Assembly (NCBI GenBank): GCA_965203445.1
Contig: OZ241883.1
Location: 640,001-704,000, forward strand
Source of the DNA: Candidatus Oxydemutator sp.
GTDB lineage: Bacteria; Pseudomonadota; Gammaproteobacteria; Poriferisulfidales; Oxydemutatoraceae
Length of the DNA stretch: 64,000 bases
Direction of reading: 5' to 3'
The position numbers were made by a program, and so were the translations under genes. This document shows, piece by piece, positions 36,908-47,473 of this stretch; the stretch's first letter is position 1; each line of letters begins with the position of its first letter. The notes under the pieces are model-generated. The model did not search any database, was not told the origin of the DNA, and saw nothing but the letters and a program-made list of their open reading frames with translations.

Positions 36908-39900
36908 CTAACGCACCGAAAACGGCCTGTGCCGACCCTTGTTCTCTATCACGAAATACCGATCGGCGGACAGCACCTCGCCGTCAAAGTCCACGTCCGC
37001 GTCCACCGCGTAACGGCCGACCGCGGCCGCGGCGCGGTAGCCGACCGCGCCCAACGACGTCAGGTTGTACACGCGTATCAATGCCTCGTCTCGCTCATCA
37101 ATCACGCCGTTTCGATCCAGGTCGCCCGCGACCATCGCATGCAGGCCCGCCCCCATTTCAACCTGCCCGTCGCCGTGCGACTGCCCGACGCGGAAGTCCA
37201 CGCAGTAGTCCGCCTCGCAATCGGTGCCCGTGGCCGCGACGACCGGAGCAGACGACATCACCGGCAGATGGTTGCGGTGGTGGATCAGCACGTACAGATC
37301 CTCGCCTTCGGGCGGCTTCAGCTCGAAGCGCACGCCGTCCAATAACGACGCATCCGCCACCGACGCCGCCTCGTTTATCCCCGCGATGCGACCGTCGCTC
37401 AGCAGCAGACCCGTCGCGCGACCGCCCGCCAGCGGCCGCGACGACGCGGCCGCGGCCGCGCTCTGGCCGGTGCGCAACTCCACCAGCACCCAGTCCACTA
37501 TCGCCGAGGTTACCCCGGCCAGGCCGGCCGCCGTGCCCACGTGCGGCACCGTCGTCGTAGCCGGGTAGTTCCATGGGGACGCGCCGTACGGCTGGCGCCT
37601 CGGCAACAGACCCGCCAAGTCGCTCCTCATGCGGCGGGTTTCGGGAAGCAACGCCCCCTGCAAAACCACTCGCGCGTCCACCAGTATGCTCCTCGGGTCG
37701 CGCACGTTGACGTCCGCAAACGACGGGGTTCCCAGCTCCGCTACATGGGTGAGGCAATTCGGGCAGCCCGTCAACCTCAAACGGAAGCGCTCGCGCTCCT
37801 CATTCTCCAACTGGTCGCTCGCCACGCGCACCGCTATCGTCGCCGTGCCCATCTCATTCAACGTCACGCTCCCGGTGAACGGCAGCGAACCCACCGAGCG
37901 CGCGCTGGCGGCGCGCCCCTCTACGTTCACGGTAGCCAGGTCCTCGTGCGTCAAACCCTCGGATACGGCGGTAATCTCATATTCCACTACCACCGCCCGA
38001 TCACCGCCGCCACGCAGCGTGATCGTGAACGTCGCGGTAGTGCCTTCGCTCACCGTCGCGGACCTCGCCGCCACCGTTATCGGATCATTGATCGCTATCG
38101 TCGTACGCGCGACGGTGCTCGGCACGCCCAAACGTACGTCAGCCGGCGCCCCCGTGAGCCTCGCGCTGCTCAACGTAACCGCCAGCACCTCGGGCGGTTC
38201 GATAACGCCGTCGGCGCGCACCCTCAACACAAACGACGCGCTGGCGGCACCGGGCGCAATGACCACGCTGCCCGCGGTGGTGCCGACAAAGTCGTCGGCG
38301 TCGACTTCGCCGCCCACCGCCCAGCTCCAACGCGCGCTCGCCCCCGCCGGCAAGGCCCCCGGCAAGCGCACCACGTAACTCGCGGTGCCGCCTTCCGCCA
38401 CCACCGTGCTCCCGGTGAGCGTCGGCGCAAAATCTACCTCCGGCTGCGTCTGCTGCTGCGACGTGCGACGCGCCGCCTGCGTGTCGGTAGCGCCGCCGAA
38501 CACCAACACCGGGTAATCGAACACGCTGCCGAAATCCCACGGCGCGTCGTCGTTAAAATCGCCGTCGCGTCCCTGATCCAGGCCGTCCACGTTCAACCTG
38601 CTCCAACCGGCGTAGATGGTGCCCGTCGCCGTCGTCGGGGCGCGCAACTGGTTCGACGTCTTCGAGGTGTTGTCCGGACTCGGCACGTTCGATCCGCAGC
38701 AGTCACTTTGGCCGCTGCGCTCTCGGTCAAAATAACTGGACTCCACCACGGCGCCGACCATCCTGTTCCCTATCAAGCCGCCGGCCGTAGCCCCCGTCGG
38801 TTTCCCGACCGAGTAACTGGCGCTCACCACCGACGCGCCACCGGCTTCGCCCACCAGACCGCCCGCGTTGGCTCCCTCTGCTGTATGCACTTCCACGTCG
38901 GCGTAACTTGCTACCAGCCTGCCGTAATTACCCCCTATCAAGCCACCCACCGCCCATACGCCGGATATGCGACCGCCACTGACGTAACTCGCCACCACTT
39001 TGCCCTCGTTGCGCCCGACCAGCGCTCCTGTATTAGTACTGTGATCACCCAGGGATATCCACGCGTTGCGCAAGCCCACGTTGCGGACCGTGCCGACGGC
39101 GCTCACGGCGCCGAACAAGCCCGTATGAGACAACCGCCCACCCCTGGCCACCCGCAGATTGCTGATGACGTGGCCGTTGCCTTCAAAAACAGCGGTGTAA
39201 TAATTATCCAGAAGGCTGTCCCCTCCCCCGCCTATCGGCGTCCAACCCGGGCCCGGGGCCGGCTCCACGCTGGACAAATCCAGGTCGGCCGACAACTCGT
39301 AGCCGGTGCACGTGCTCGGACAGGTCTGCTTCTCGTCGAAAACGGGAAACGCCGCGAAATAAGCGAGTCTGTTCGCCTTGCCCACCACGCCCGCTATCCC
39401 GGCACCGCCCAGGTCATAGCGGATTGCCGCCAACTGCGACGTCGTCGCCACGTCTATCAAACCGTCGTTGTCGTCGTCGTAGTCTATCTCGTCGCTCGCC
39501 TCGATCGTGGTCCTGACGGAAACCGGCACGCCTAAACGCGCACGCGCGGGCGCCCCCGTCGGCATCGCGCTGCTCAACGTTACCACCATGACCTCGGACA
39601 ACTCAGGGATAGTGTCATCGAACACCTCCACCGAAAACGACGCGCTGCTCGCGCCGGAACCGATGACTACGACGCCGGTCGTACCGACAAAGTCGGCGAT
39701 GCTAACCTCGTCGCCGCCCACGACCCAATCCCAACGCACGCTCGCCCCCGTCGGCAAGGCCTCCGGCAAACTCACCACGTAACTCGCCGCCTCGCCTTCC
39801 GACACGGTAACGCTCCCGGTGAGCGTCGCCGCAAGAATTATCGCCGGCTGCGCCTCCTGCTGCGACGTGCGGCGCATCGCCATAGTCTCGGTAGCGCCGC

Positions 39901-42900
39901 CGAACACCAGCACCGGATAATCAAACACGGTGCCGAAATCCCACGGCGCGTCGTCGTTCAGATCATCGTCGCCCGTCTGATCCACGTCGTCCACGTTCAA
40001 CTGGTCCCAACCCGCGTAGATCGTGCCCGCCGCGGTGGTGGGCGCGCGCAACTGGTTCGACGTCTGCGGGGTGTTGTCCGGACTCGGCACGCTATTTCCG
40101 CAGCATCGGCTCTGGCCGCTGCGCCCGGTGTCAAAATAACTCGACTCCACCACCGCGGCGATGGCCTTGCTCCCTATCAAGCCGCTGGGTATGCCCCTCG
40201 CTATGTTTGAGGGATCGATGTACCCCGTCGTCGCCCCGACCGAGTAACTGGCGCTCACCACCGACCCGACGGCGCTTCCGCCTATCAGACCGCCTCCGGT
40301 TGGACCTGATTCTACATACATTTCCACGTCGGCGTAACTCGCCACCACCACACCGTAATTACCCCCCACCAAACCGCCCACCGTCTCTACGCCGAATACG
40401 CGACCGCCAATCACGTAACTCGCCGCCACCTTGCCCTCGTTGCGGCCCACCAGCGCACCTACATGATCGCCACCATCGCCACCACCACCCAGTGCAAACG
40501 GAGCCAGCTCCACCCGCGCGTTGTGCAAGCCCACGTTGCGGATCACGCCGCCGGCGCTCACGGCGCCGAACAAACCCATGTAATACGAGTCCCCTTTCCT
40601 GGTCATCGTCAGATTGCTGATGACGTGGCCGTTGCCTTCAAAAACGGCGCTGTAATAATCCGCATCCCTCAGCCCCTGCCCCCTACGGGGGTTACCGCTG
40701 TCCCCGCCCAGCGGCGTCCAGTTCAAGCCGGACAAGTCCAGATCGCTCGACAACTCGTAGCCGGTGCACGTGCTCGGACAGGTCTGCGGCGCGCCGAAAA
40801 GGGGAAACGCCGCAAAATAAGCGGATTTGTTCGCACTGCTCACGCCCGCTATCCCGGCACCGCCCAGGTCGTAGCGGATCGCCGCCAACTGCGACGTCGT
40901 CGCCACCTCTATCAAACCGTCGTCGTCCTCGTCGTAGTCGGTGCCGTCGTTGAACTCGATCGTGGTCCTGAAGGGAAGCGGCACGCCCAAAGCCACGCCC
41001 TGCGGCGCCCCCGCGAGCCTCGCGTTGCTCAACGCAACCACCATGACCTCGGGCATCTCGATCTCGCCGTCGGCGCGCACCCTCAACACAAACGACGCGC
41101 TGGCGGCGCCGGCTGCGATGACCACGCTGCCTACGGTGGTGCCGACAAAGTCGTCGGCGTCGACTTCGCCGCCGCCCACCGACCAATTCCAACTCGCGCT
41201 CACCCCCGCCGGCAAGGCCCCCGAAAAGCGCACCACGTAACTCGCGATCCCACCTTCCTGCCCCGTCGCACTCCCGGCGAGCGTCGGCGTAAGAATTACC
41301 TCCGGCCGCGCCTGCCGCTGCGACGTGCGACGCACCGCCTCGGTCTCGGTAGCGCCGCCGAACACCAGCACCGGGTAATCAAACACGCCGCCGAAATCCC
41401 ACGGCGCGTCGTCGTTCAAGTCGCCGTCGCGTCCCTGATCCACGTCGTCCACGTTCAACTGGTCCCAACCCGCGTAGATCGTGCCCGTCGCCGTAGTCGG
41501 AAAAAGCAACTCGGCCGACAACCTCGGGGTGTGGTCCGGATCCGGCGAATTCCTTCCGCAGCAGCTGCTCAGGCCGCTGCGCTCTTTGTCAAAATAACTG
41601 GACTCCACCACGGAGCCGGTAACCCTGCTCCCTATCAAACCATTGGCCGATACCCCCGTCGGTCTGCCGATGGAGTAACTGGCTCTCACGGCCCCCTCGG
41701 ATGGGTCTGAACCCACGAGGCCGCCCGCGTTCGCCCCACCTGCATGCACTTCCACGTCGGCGTAACTCGCCACTACCTCACCGATATTAATCCCTACCAG
41801 GCCGCCCACCGAGGTTCCGCCGGATATGCGACCGCCACTGACGTAACTCGCCGCCACTTTGCCACGGTTGGTTCCCACCAGCGCACCGGCACTCACGCTA
41901 TCACGACCCAGGTCTATCTGCGCGTTGCGCAAGCCCACGTTGCGGACTCTGCCGTCGGCGCCCACCCTGCCGAACAAACCCACGAGAAACCATCGTCCAC
42001 TCCTCACCACCCGCAGATTGCTGATGACGTGGCCGTTGCCTTCAAAAACCGCGGTGTAAGTATCCCCCGGAAGGCCTTCCAGCCTGACGCCCCCGCCTAG
42101 CGGCGTCCAGCCCGCGCCCGGCGCCGGGTTCACGCTGGACACATCCAGGTCGGCCGATAACTCGTAGCCGGTGCACGCGCCAGAACAGGTCTGCTCCGCG
42201 TCGAAAAAGGGAAACGCCGCCAGATAAGCGGCCCTGTTCTCGTCGCCGCTCACGCCCGCCAGCCCGGCACCGCCCAGGTCGTAGCGGATCGCCGCCAACT
42301 GCGACGTCGTCGCCACCTCTATCAAGGTGTCGCCGTCGAAGTCGTAGTCTATCTGGTCGCTCGCCTCGATCGTGGTCCTGACGGAAAACGGCACGCCCAG
42401 ACCCACGTGCGCGGGCACCCCCGTGAGCCTTGCGTTGCTCAACGTTACCACCATGACCTCGGACAACTCGGTCTCGCCGTCTGCGCGCACCCTCACCGAA
42501 AACGACGCGCTGACGGCGCCGGATGCGATGACCACGTCGCCGGTGGTCGCGCCGACAAAGTCGTCGGTGCTGACTTCGCCACCCACCGACCAATCCCAAG
42601 TCGCGCTCACCCCCGCCGGCAAGGCCTCCGGCAGGCGCACCTGGTAACTCGCCATCTCGCCTTCCGACACGGTCTCGCTTCCGGTGAGCGTCGGTGCAAG
42701 ACTTACCTGCGGCTGCGCCTCCTGCTGCAACGTGCGACGCGCCGCATCCGTCTCGGTAGCGCCGGCGAACACCAACACAGGGTAATCAAACACGGTGCCG
42801 AAATCCCACGGCGCGTCGTCGTTCAAATCGCCGTCGTCTTCCTGATCCACGTCGTCCACGTTCAACTGCTCCCAGCCCTCGTAGATGGTGAACGCGGCCG

Positions 42901-45900
42901 TGGTCGGACTGAACAACTCGGCTGACGTCTTCGAGGTGTTGTCCGGACTCGGCGGATTCCTTCCGCAGCAGCTGCTCTGGCCGCTGCGCTGGCCGTCAAA
43001 ATAACTGGACTGCACCACGTCGGCGTAATTCAGCAGCAACGGTTGTATGTCGTAACCCCCTATCAAGCCGCCGACCCTGTTCCCCCCCGTCGTCTCCCCG
43101 ATGGAGTAGCTGGCGCTCACCACCGACGCGGCGGCGACTTCGCCTACCAGACCGCCCACGTTGCTTCCATCTGCATGCACTTCCACGTCGGCGTAACTCG
43201 CCACCAAGCTGCCGAAATTGCCCCCGATCAAACCACCCACCCCAAATACGCCGGATATGCGACCGCCACTGACGTAACTCGCCGCCACTTTGCCCTCGTT
43301 GCGGCCCACCAGCGCTCCTATATAACTGCTACCACCGTCCTCCAGACTCACACGCGCGTTACGCAAGCCCACGTTGCGGATGATGCCGTTGGCGTTCACG
43401 GCCCCGAACAGACCCATGTGCCACCACCGCCCATCCCTGTCCATCCTCAAATTGCTGATGACGTGGCCGTTGCCTTCAAAAACCGCGGTGTAATAATAAT
43501 CCACCGGAGGGGTTTCCTCGCTGACCCAGCATACACGTGTATGCCCCGTCTGGTCGACAACGTCCCCCGTCTGGGCAATGCAATCGGAATAATCCTGCGG
43601 AAAGGCATCAGCATTAGGAATCTCATCACTGCCGCCCCCGCCTATCGGCGTCCAGTCCGGGATGCTCGACAGATCCAGGTCGGCCGACAACTCGTAGCCG
43701 GTGCACGACGCCCCCGGACAGGTCTGCGTCTGCTCGAAAAACGGAAACGCCGCCAGATAAACGGCCCTGTTCGCGTCGCCGCTCACGCCCGCCAGCCCGA
43801 CACCGCCCAGGTCGTGGCGGATCGCCGCCAACTGCGACGTCGTCGCCACCTCTATCAGGGTGTCGTCGTCGAGGTCGTAGTCTCTGCCGACCCCGTCGCT
43901 GGGATTGATCGCGGTGCTGACGGGAAGCGGCACGCCCAGACCCACGCGCGCGGGCGCCCCCGTGAGCATCGCGTCGCTCAACGCGACCACCATGACCTCG
44001 GACAACTCGGTAATGATGTCATCGCGCACCCTCACCGAAAACGACGCGCTGCTCGCGCCGGATGCGATGACCACGCTGCCGGTCGTGCCGTCAAAGTCGT
44101 CGGCGCCGACCTGGTTGCCGCCCACCGCCCAATTCCAACTCGCAGTCACCCCCGCCGGCAAGGCCCCCGGAAAGCGCACCACGTAACTCGCGGTGCCACC
44201 TTCCGACACCGCCTCGCTCCCGGCGAGCGTCGGCGTAAGACTTACCTCCGGCTGCGCCTGCTGCTGCGACGTGCGACGCGCCACCTCCGTCTCGGTAGCA
44301 CCGCCGAACACCAGCACCGGGTAATCAAACGCGCTGCCGAAATCCCACGGAGCGTCGTCGTTGTAGTCGCCGTCGCCCCCCTGATCCACGTCGTCCACGT
44401 TCAACTTGTCCCAACCGGCGTAGATGGTGCCCGTCGCCGTGATCGGGAGAATCATGTCGCTCGACGTCTTCGCAACAACGTCGTCCAGACCATGCGCGTT
44501 CGTTCCGCAGCAACTGCTCCGGAGGCTGCGCTCTTTGTCAAAATAACTCGACTCCACCGCGGCGATGGTGGTCACCCCGAACTGTCCGCCACCCGCCGAG
44601 GCAACGCGCCGCCCTATCAAGCCGCCGACGCTGCTTGTCCCCGTCGTTTTCCCGACGGAGTAGCTGGCGCTTACCACCGACGCGACACTGGCTTCGCCTA
44701 CCAGACCGCCCACCTCACCTATACTTGCATGCACTTCCACGTCGGCGTAACTCGCCACCAACCTGCCGTCATTGCCCCCTATCAAGCCGCCCACCCTGAA
44801 TGAACCGGATATGCGACCGCCACTGACGTAACTCGCCGCCACTTTGCCCCGGTTGCGCCCCACCAGCGCTCCCACGTAGATGTGTCCTACGGCCACCTGC
44901 GCGTTGCGCAAGCCCACGTTGCGGATTCTGCCGTCGGCGCCCACACTGCCGAACAAACCCGTGCCATACACCCCGCCGCCGCTCATCCGCAGGTCGCTGA
45001 TGACGTGGCCGTTGCCTTCGAAAACAGCGGTGTAAGAATCCGGCGTATCCCCCCCGCCTAGCGGCGTCCAGTCCGCTATGCCGGACAGGTCCAGGTCGGC
45101 CGACAGCTCATAGCCGGTGCACGCGCGCGGACAGCTCGCCTCATCAAAAAAGGGAAACGCCTTCCGATAAGCCCGATAAGCGGCCTCGTTGGCACTGCTC
45201 ACGCCCGCCAACCCGGCACCGTCCAGGTCGTGGCGGATCGCCGCCAACTGCGACGTCGTCGCCACCTCTATCAAGGTGTCGCCGTCGACGTCGTAGTCCT
45301 TTTCGACTCCGTCGCTGGGATCGATCACGGTCCTCACCGGAGCGGGCACGCCTAAGCGCACGCCACGCGCGGGCACCCCCGCGCCCGCGAGCCTTGCATT
45401 GCTCAACGCAACCACCATGGTCTCGAACGACTCGGCATCGGCGTCGTCGCGCACCGTCAACAAAAACGCTATTCGGTCCTGGCCGGACTCGATGGTCACG
45501 CTGCCGATGGTCGCGCCGACAAAGTCGTCGCCGTTGACTTCGCCGCCCACCGACCAATCCCAACTCGCGTTCACCCCCGCCGGCAAGGCCTCCGGCAAAC
45601 GCACCACGTAAAGCGCGACGCCACCTTCCGACACGGTCTCGTTTCCGATGAGCGTCGGTGCAAGACTTACCTCCGGCTGCGCCTCCTGCTGCAACGTGCG
45701 ACGCGCCGCCTGCGTCTCGGTAGCGCCGCCGAACACCAGCACCGGGTAATCAAACGCGGTGCCAAAATCCCATGGACTGTCGTCGTTGAAATCGCCGTCG
45801 CCTCCCTGATCGACGCGGTCCACGTTCAACTTGTCCCAACCCTCGTAGAGGGTGCCCGCGGCGGTGGTCGGGGCGCGCAACTGGCGCGACGTCCTCGAAG

Positions 45901-47470
45901 TGTCGTCCGGACTCAGCGGATTCCTTCCGCAGCAACTGCTCAGGCCGTTGCGCTGGCCGTCAAAATAACTCGATTCCACCACGGCAGCGGCGTGCCTTCT
46001 CCCTATCAAACCGCCAACCGCGCTCCCCGTCGGGGTGCCGACGAAGTAACTGGCGCTCGTCACCGACGCGCGACCGGCTCGGCCTACCAGACCGCCCACG
46101 TCACCTGTATCGGAATGCACGTCCACGGCGGCGTAACTCGCCACCAGCCTGCCGCGATGATCCCCTATCAAGCCGCCCAAGAAGTTCGCCGAGGTTCCGC
46201 CTATGCGACCGCCAATGACGTAACTCGCCGCCACTTCGCCCAGATTGAACCCCACCAGCGCACCTATACCTCGGCCATCACTACTCAGACTCACCTGCGC
46301 GTTGCGCAAGCCCACGTTGCGAATCCTGCCGTCGGCACCCACGGCGCCGAACAAACCCATGCTATGCCACTGCCTGTCCCTGACCATCCGCAGATTGCTG
46401 ATGACGTGGCCGTTGCCCTCGAAAACAGCGGTATAGCGCTCCTGTCCCAGAAGATCCCCGATACTGCTGACCTCGCCGCCCAGCGGCGTCCAGCCCGCGC
46501 CCGGCGCCGGGTTCACGCTGGACAAATCCAGGTCGGCCGACAATTCGTAGCCGGCGCACGTGCCCGGACAGGTCTCCATCTCGTCGTACAGGGGAAACGC
46601 CGCCCGATAAGCCCGATAAGCGGCCTCGTTGGTACTGCTCACGCCCGCCAGCCCGGCGCCGCCCAGGTCGTAGCGGATCGCCGCCAACTGCGACGTCGTC
46701 GCCACCTCTATCAAGGTGTCGTCGTCGACGTCGTAGTCCATGCGATCACGCACCTCGACCGTCATCGTGTCCACGCCCGTCGCGCCGCGCGCGTCCGCAA
46801 CCGTCAACTCGAACCCCAGCGTCTCCACCACCTGCGGCGCCAGGAACGTCGCCGTCTCCGAGGTGGCGCCCGTCACCCCGACGACCGTGCCGCTGGTCTG
46901 ACGCCACCGATACGTCAACTCCTCGCCTTCCGGATCATCCGCGACGCCGCGCAGCGTAACCACGTCGCCCTCGCCCGCGATCACGTCGGAACCCGCGTCC
47001 ACCATCGGCGCGTCGTTCGCACCCGCGCGCACCGTGATCACCACCGTGTTCGTCGTATTGCCGACCAGCTGCCGTTCCACGGGCGACGACAAACCCCGCA
47101 CGTCGGTTACCACCAGCGCGAACTCAAGCGTCTCGTCGTCCACCAACTGCGTCGGTGCCAGGAACGTCGTGCTGCGCGCCGCGGCGTCGCGCAACGCCAC
47201 CGTGGCGCCGCCGGTCTGACGCCATGCGTACCTCAGCGGCTCGTTGTGCGAACTGCTGCTCGCGGCGCCGTCCAAAGTCACCACGGCGCCCTCGGACACG
47301 GTCTGATCGGGCCCGGCGTGCGCCGTCGGCGCGACCGCTTCCTGGGCGGACACGGTAGCGACAACGGACAACCCTAATAGCAATAACAGACTACGCACCC
47401 CCCCCATCACTGGACCGCCGAGCGTTGGAGCAAGGGAGCGTCGGAGCGTTGAAGCGAGGAATCCGGCCAT
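36908..47470 (-). CDS. Large modular surface protein/adhesin (gene B), 3,520 aa; same architecture as gene C with 6 modules
   Basis: The first ~165 aa are identical to gene C. Six module markers lie near 46682, 45242, 43825, 42293, 40883 and 39428. Same C-terminal domain. The true start may be Met22 (47407), with a G8 tract at 47398-47405. Confidence 0.95.
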   Translation of the reverse strand: MAGFLASTLRRSLAPTLGGPVMGGVRSLLLLLGLSVVATVSAQEAVAPTAHAGPDQTVSEGAVVTLDGAASSSSHNEPLRYAWRQTGGATVALRDAAARSTTFLAPTQLVDDETLEFALVVTDVRGLSSPVERQLVGNTTNTVVITVRAGANDAPMVDAGSDVIAGEGDVVTLRGVADDPEGEELTYRWRQTSGTVVGVTGATSETATFLAPQVVETLGFELTVADARGATGVDTMTVEVRDRMDYDVDDDTLIEVATTSQLAAIRYDLGGAGLAGVSSTNEAAYRAYRAAFPLYDEMETCPGTCAGYELSADLDLSSVNPAPGAGWTPLGGEVSSIGDLLGQERYTAVFEGNGHVISNLRMVRDRQWHSMGLFGAVGADGRIRNVGLRNAQVSLSSDGRGIGALVGFNLGEVAASYVIGGRIGGTSANFLGGLIGDHRGRLVASYAAVDVHSDTGDVGGLVGRAGRASVTSASYFVGTPTGSAVGGLIGRRHAAAVVESSYFDGQRNGLSSCCGRNPLSPDDTSRTSRQLRAPTTAAGTLYEGWDKLNVDRVDQGGDGDFNDDSPWDFGTAFDYPVLVFGGATETQAARRTLQQEAQPEVSLAPTLIGNETVSEGGVALYVVRLPEALPAGVNASWDWSVGGEVNGDDFVGATIGSVTIESGQDRIAFLLTVRDDADAESFETMVVALSNARLAGAGVPARGVRLGVPAPVRTVIDPSDGVEKDYDVDGDTLIEVATTSQLAAIRHDLDGAGLAGVSSANEAAYRAYRKAFPFFDEASCPRACTGYELSADLDLSGIADWTPLGGGDTPDSYTAVFEGNGHVISDLRMSGGGVYGTGLFGSVGADGRIRNVGLRNAQVAVGHIYVGALVGRNRGKVAASYVSGGRISGSFRVGGLIGGNDGRLVASYADVEVHASIGEVGGLVGEASVASVVSASYSVGKTTGTSSVGGLIGRRVASAGGGQFGVTTIAAVESSYFDKERSLRSSCCGTNAHGLDDVVAKTSSDMILPITATGTIYAGWDKLNVDDVDQGGDGDYNDDAPWDFGSAFDYPVLVFGGATETEVARRTSQQQAQPEVSLTPTLAGSEAVSEGGTASYVVRFPGALPAGVTASWNWAVGGNQVGADDFDGTTGSVVIASGASSASFSVRVRDDIITELSEVMVVALSDAMLTGAPARVGLGVPLPVSTAINPSDGVGRDYDLDDDTLIEVATTSQLAAIRHDLGGVGLAGVSGDANRAVYLAAFPFFEQTQTCPGASCTGYELSADLDLSSIPDWTPIGGGGSDEIPNADAFPQDYSDCIAQTGDVVDQTGHTRVCWVSEETPPVDYYYTAVFEGNGHVISNLRMDRDGRWWHMGLFGAVNANGIIRNVGLRNARVSLEDGGSSYIGALVGRNEGKVAASYVSGGRISGVFGVGGLIGGNFGSLVASYADVEVHADGSNVGGLVGEVAAASVVSASYSIGETTGGNRVGGLIGGYDIQPLLLNYADVVQSSYFDGQRSGQSSCCGRNPPSPDNTSKTSAELFSPTTAAFTIYEGWEQLNVDDVDQEDDGDLNDDAPWDFGTVFDYPVLVFAGATETDAARRTLQQEAQPQVSLAPTLTGSETVSEGEMASYQVRLPEALPAGVSATWDWSVGGEVSTDDFVGATTGDVVIASGAVSASFSVRVRADGETELSEVMVVTLSNARLTGVPAHVGLGVPFSVRTTIEASDQIDYDFDGDTLIEVATTSQLAAIRYDLGGAGLAGVSGDENRAAYLAAFPFFDAEQTCSGACTGYELSADLDVSSVNPAPGAGWTPLGGGVRLEGLPGDTYTAVFEGNGHVISNLRVVRSGRWFLVGLFGRVGADGRVRNVGLRNAQIDLGRDSVSAGALVGTNRGKVAASYVSGGRISGGTSVGGLVGINIGEVVASYADVEVHAGGANAGGLVGSDPSEGAVRASYSIGRPTGVSANGLIGSRVTGSVVESSYFDKERSGLSSCCGRNSPDPDHTPRLSAELLFPTTATGTIYAGWDQLNVDDVDQGRDGDLNDDAPWDFGGVFDYPVLVFGGATETEAVRRTSQRQARPEVILTPTLAGSATGQEGGIASYVVRFSGALPAGVSASWNWSVGGGEVDADDFVGTTVGSVVIAAGAASASFVLRVRADGEIEMPEVMVVALSNARLAGAPQGVALGVPLPFRTTIEFNDGTDYDEDDDGLIEVATTSQLAAIRYDLGGAGIAGVSSANKSAYFAAFPLFGAPQTCPSTCTGYELSSDLDLSGLNWTPLGGDSGNPRRGQGLRDADYYSAVFEGNGHVISNLTMTRKGDSYYMGLFGAVSAGGVIRNVGLHNARVELAPFALGGGGDGGDHVGALVGRNEGKVAASYVIGGRVFGVETVGGLVGGNYGVVVASYADVEMYVESGPTGGGLIGGSAVGSVVSASYSVGATTGYIDPSNIARGIPSGLIGSKAIAAVVESSYFDTGRSGQSRCCGNSVPSPDNTPQTSNQLRAPTTAAGTIYAGWDQLNVDDVDQTGDDDLNDDAPWDFGTVFDYPVLVFGGATETMAMRRTSQQEAQPAIILAATLTGSVTVSEGEAASYVVSLPEALPTGASVRWDWVVGGDEVSIADFVGTTGVVVIGSGASSASFSVEVFDDTIPELSEVMVVTLSSAMPTGAPARARLGVPVSVRTTIEASDEIDYDDDNDGLIDVATTSQLAAIRYDLGGAGIAGVVGKANRLAYFAAFPVFDEKQTCPSTCTGYELSADLDLSSVEPAPGPGWTPIGGGGDSLLDNYYTAVFEGNGHVISNLRVARGGRLSHTGLFGAVSAVGTVRNVGLRNAWISLGDHSTNTGALVGRNEGKVVASYVSGGRISGVWAVGGLIGGNYGRLVASYADVEVHTAEGANAGGLVGEAGGASVVSASYSVGKPTGATAGGLIGNRMVGAVVESSYFDRERSGQSDCCGSNVPSPDNTSKTSNQLRAPTTATGTIYAGWSRLNVDGLDQGRDGDFNDDAPWDFGSVFDYPVLVFGGATDTQAARRTSQQQTQPEVDFAPTLTGSTVVAEGGTASYVVRLPGALPAGASARWSWAVGGEVDADDFVGTTAGSVVIAPGAASASFVLRVRADGVIEPPEVLAVTLSSARLTGAPADVRLGVPSTVARTTIAINDPITVAARSATVSEGTTATFTITLRGGGDRAVVVEYEITAVSEGLTHEDLATVNVEGRAASARSVGSLPFTGSVTLNEMGTATIAVRVASDQLENEERERFRLRLTGCPNCLTHVAELGTPSFADVNVRDPRSILVDARVVLQGALLPETRRMRSDLAGLLPRRQPYGASPWNYPATTTVPHVGTAAGLAGVTSAIVDWVLVELRTGQSAAAAASSRPLAGGRATGLLLSDGRIAGINEAASVADASLLDGVRFELKPPEGEDLYVLIHHRNHLPVMSSAPVVAATGTDCEADYCVDFRVGQSHGDGQVEMGAGLHAMVAGDLDRNGVIDERDEALIRVYNLTSLGAVGYRAAAAVGRYAVDADVDFDGEVLSADRYFVIENKGRHRPFSVR

Positions 47471-47473
47471 TGT

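Larger units (their letters stand above)
36420..37010. repeat. Near-identical direct repeat spanning a gene junction (second copy ~46986-47576, offset 10,566 bp)
   Basis: Covers the last codons of the upstream gene, the stop, a 3-nt spacer, the signal peptide and the first PKD-like domain. Confidence 0.88.
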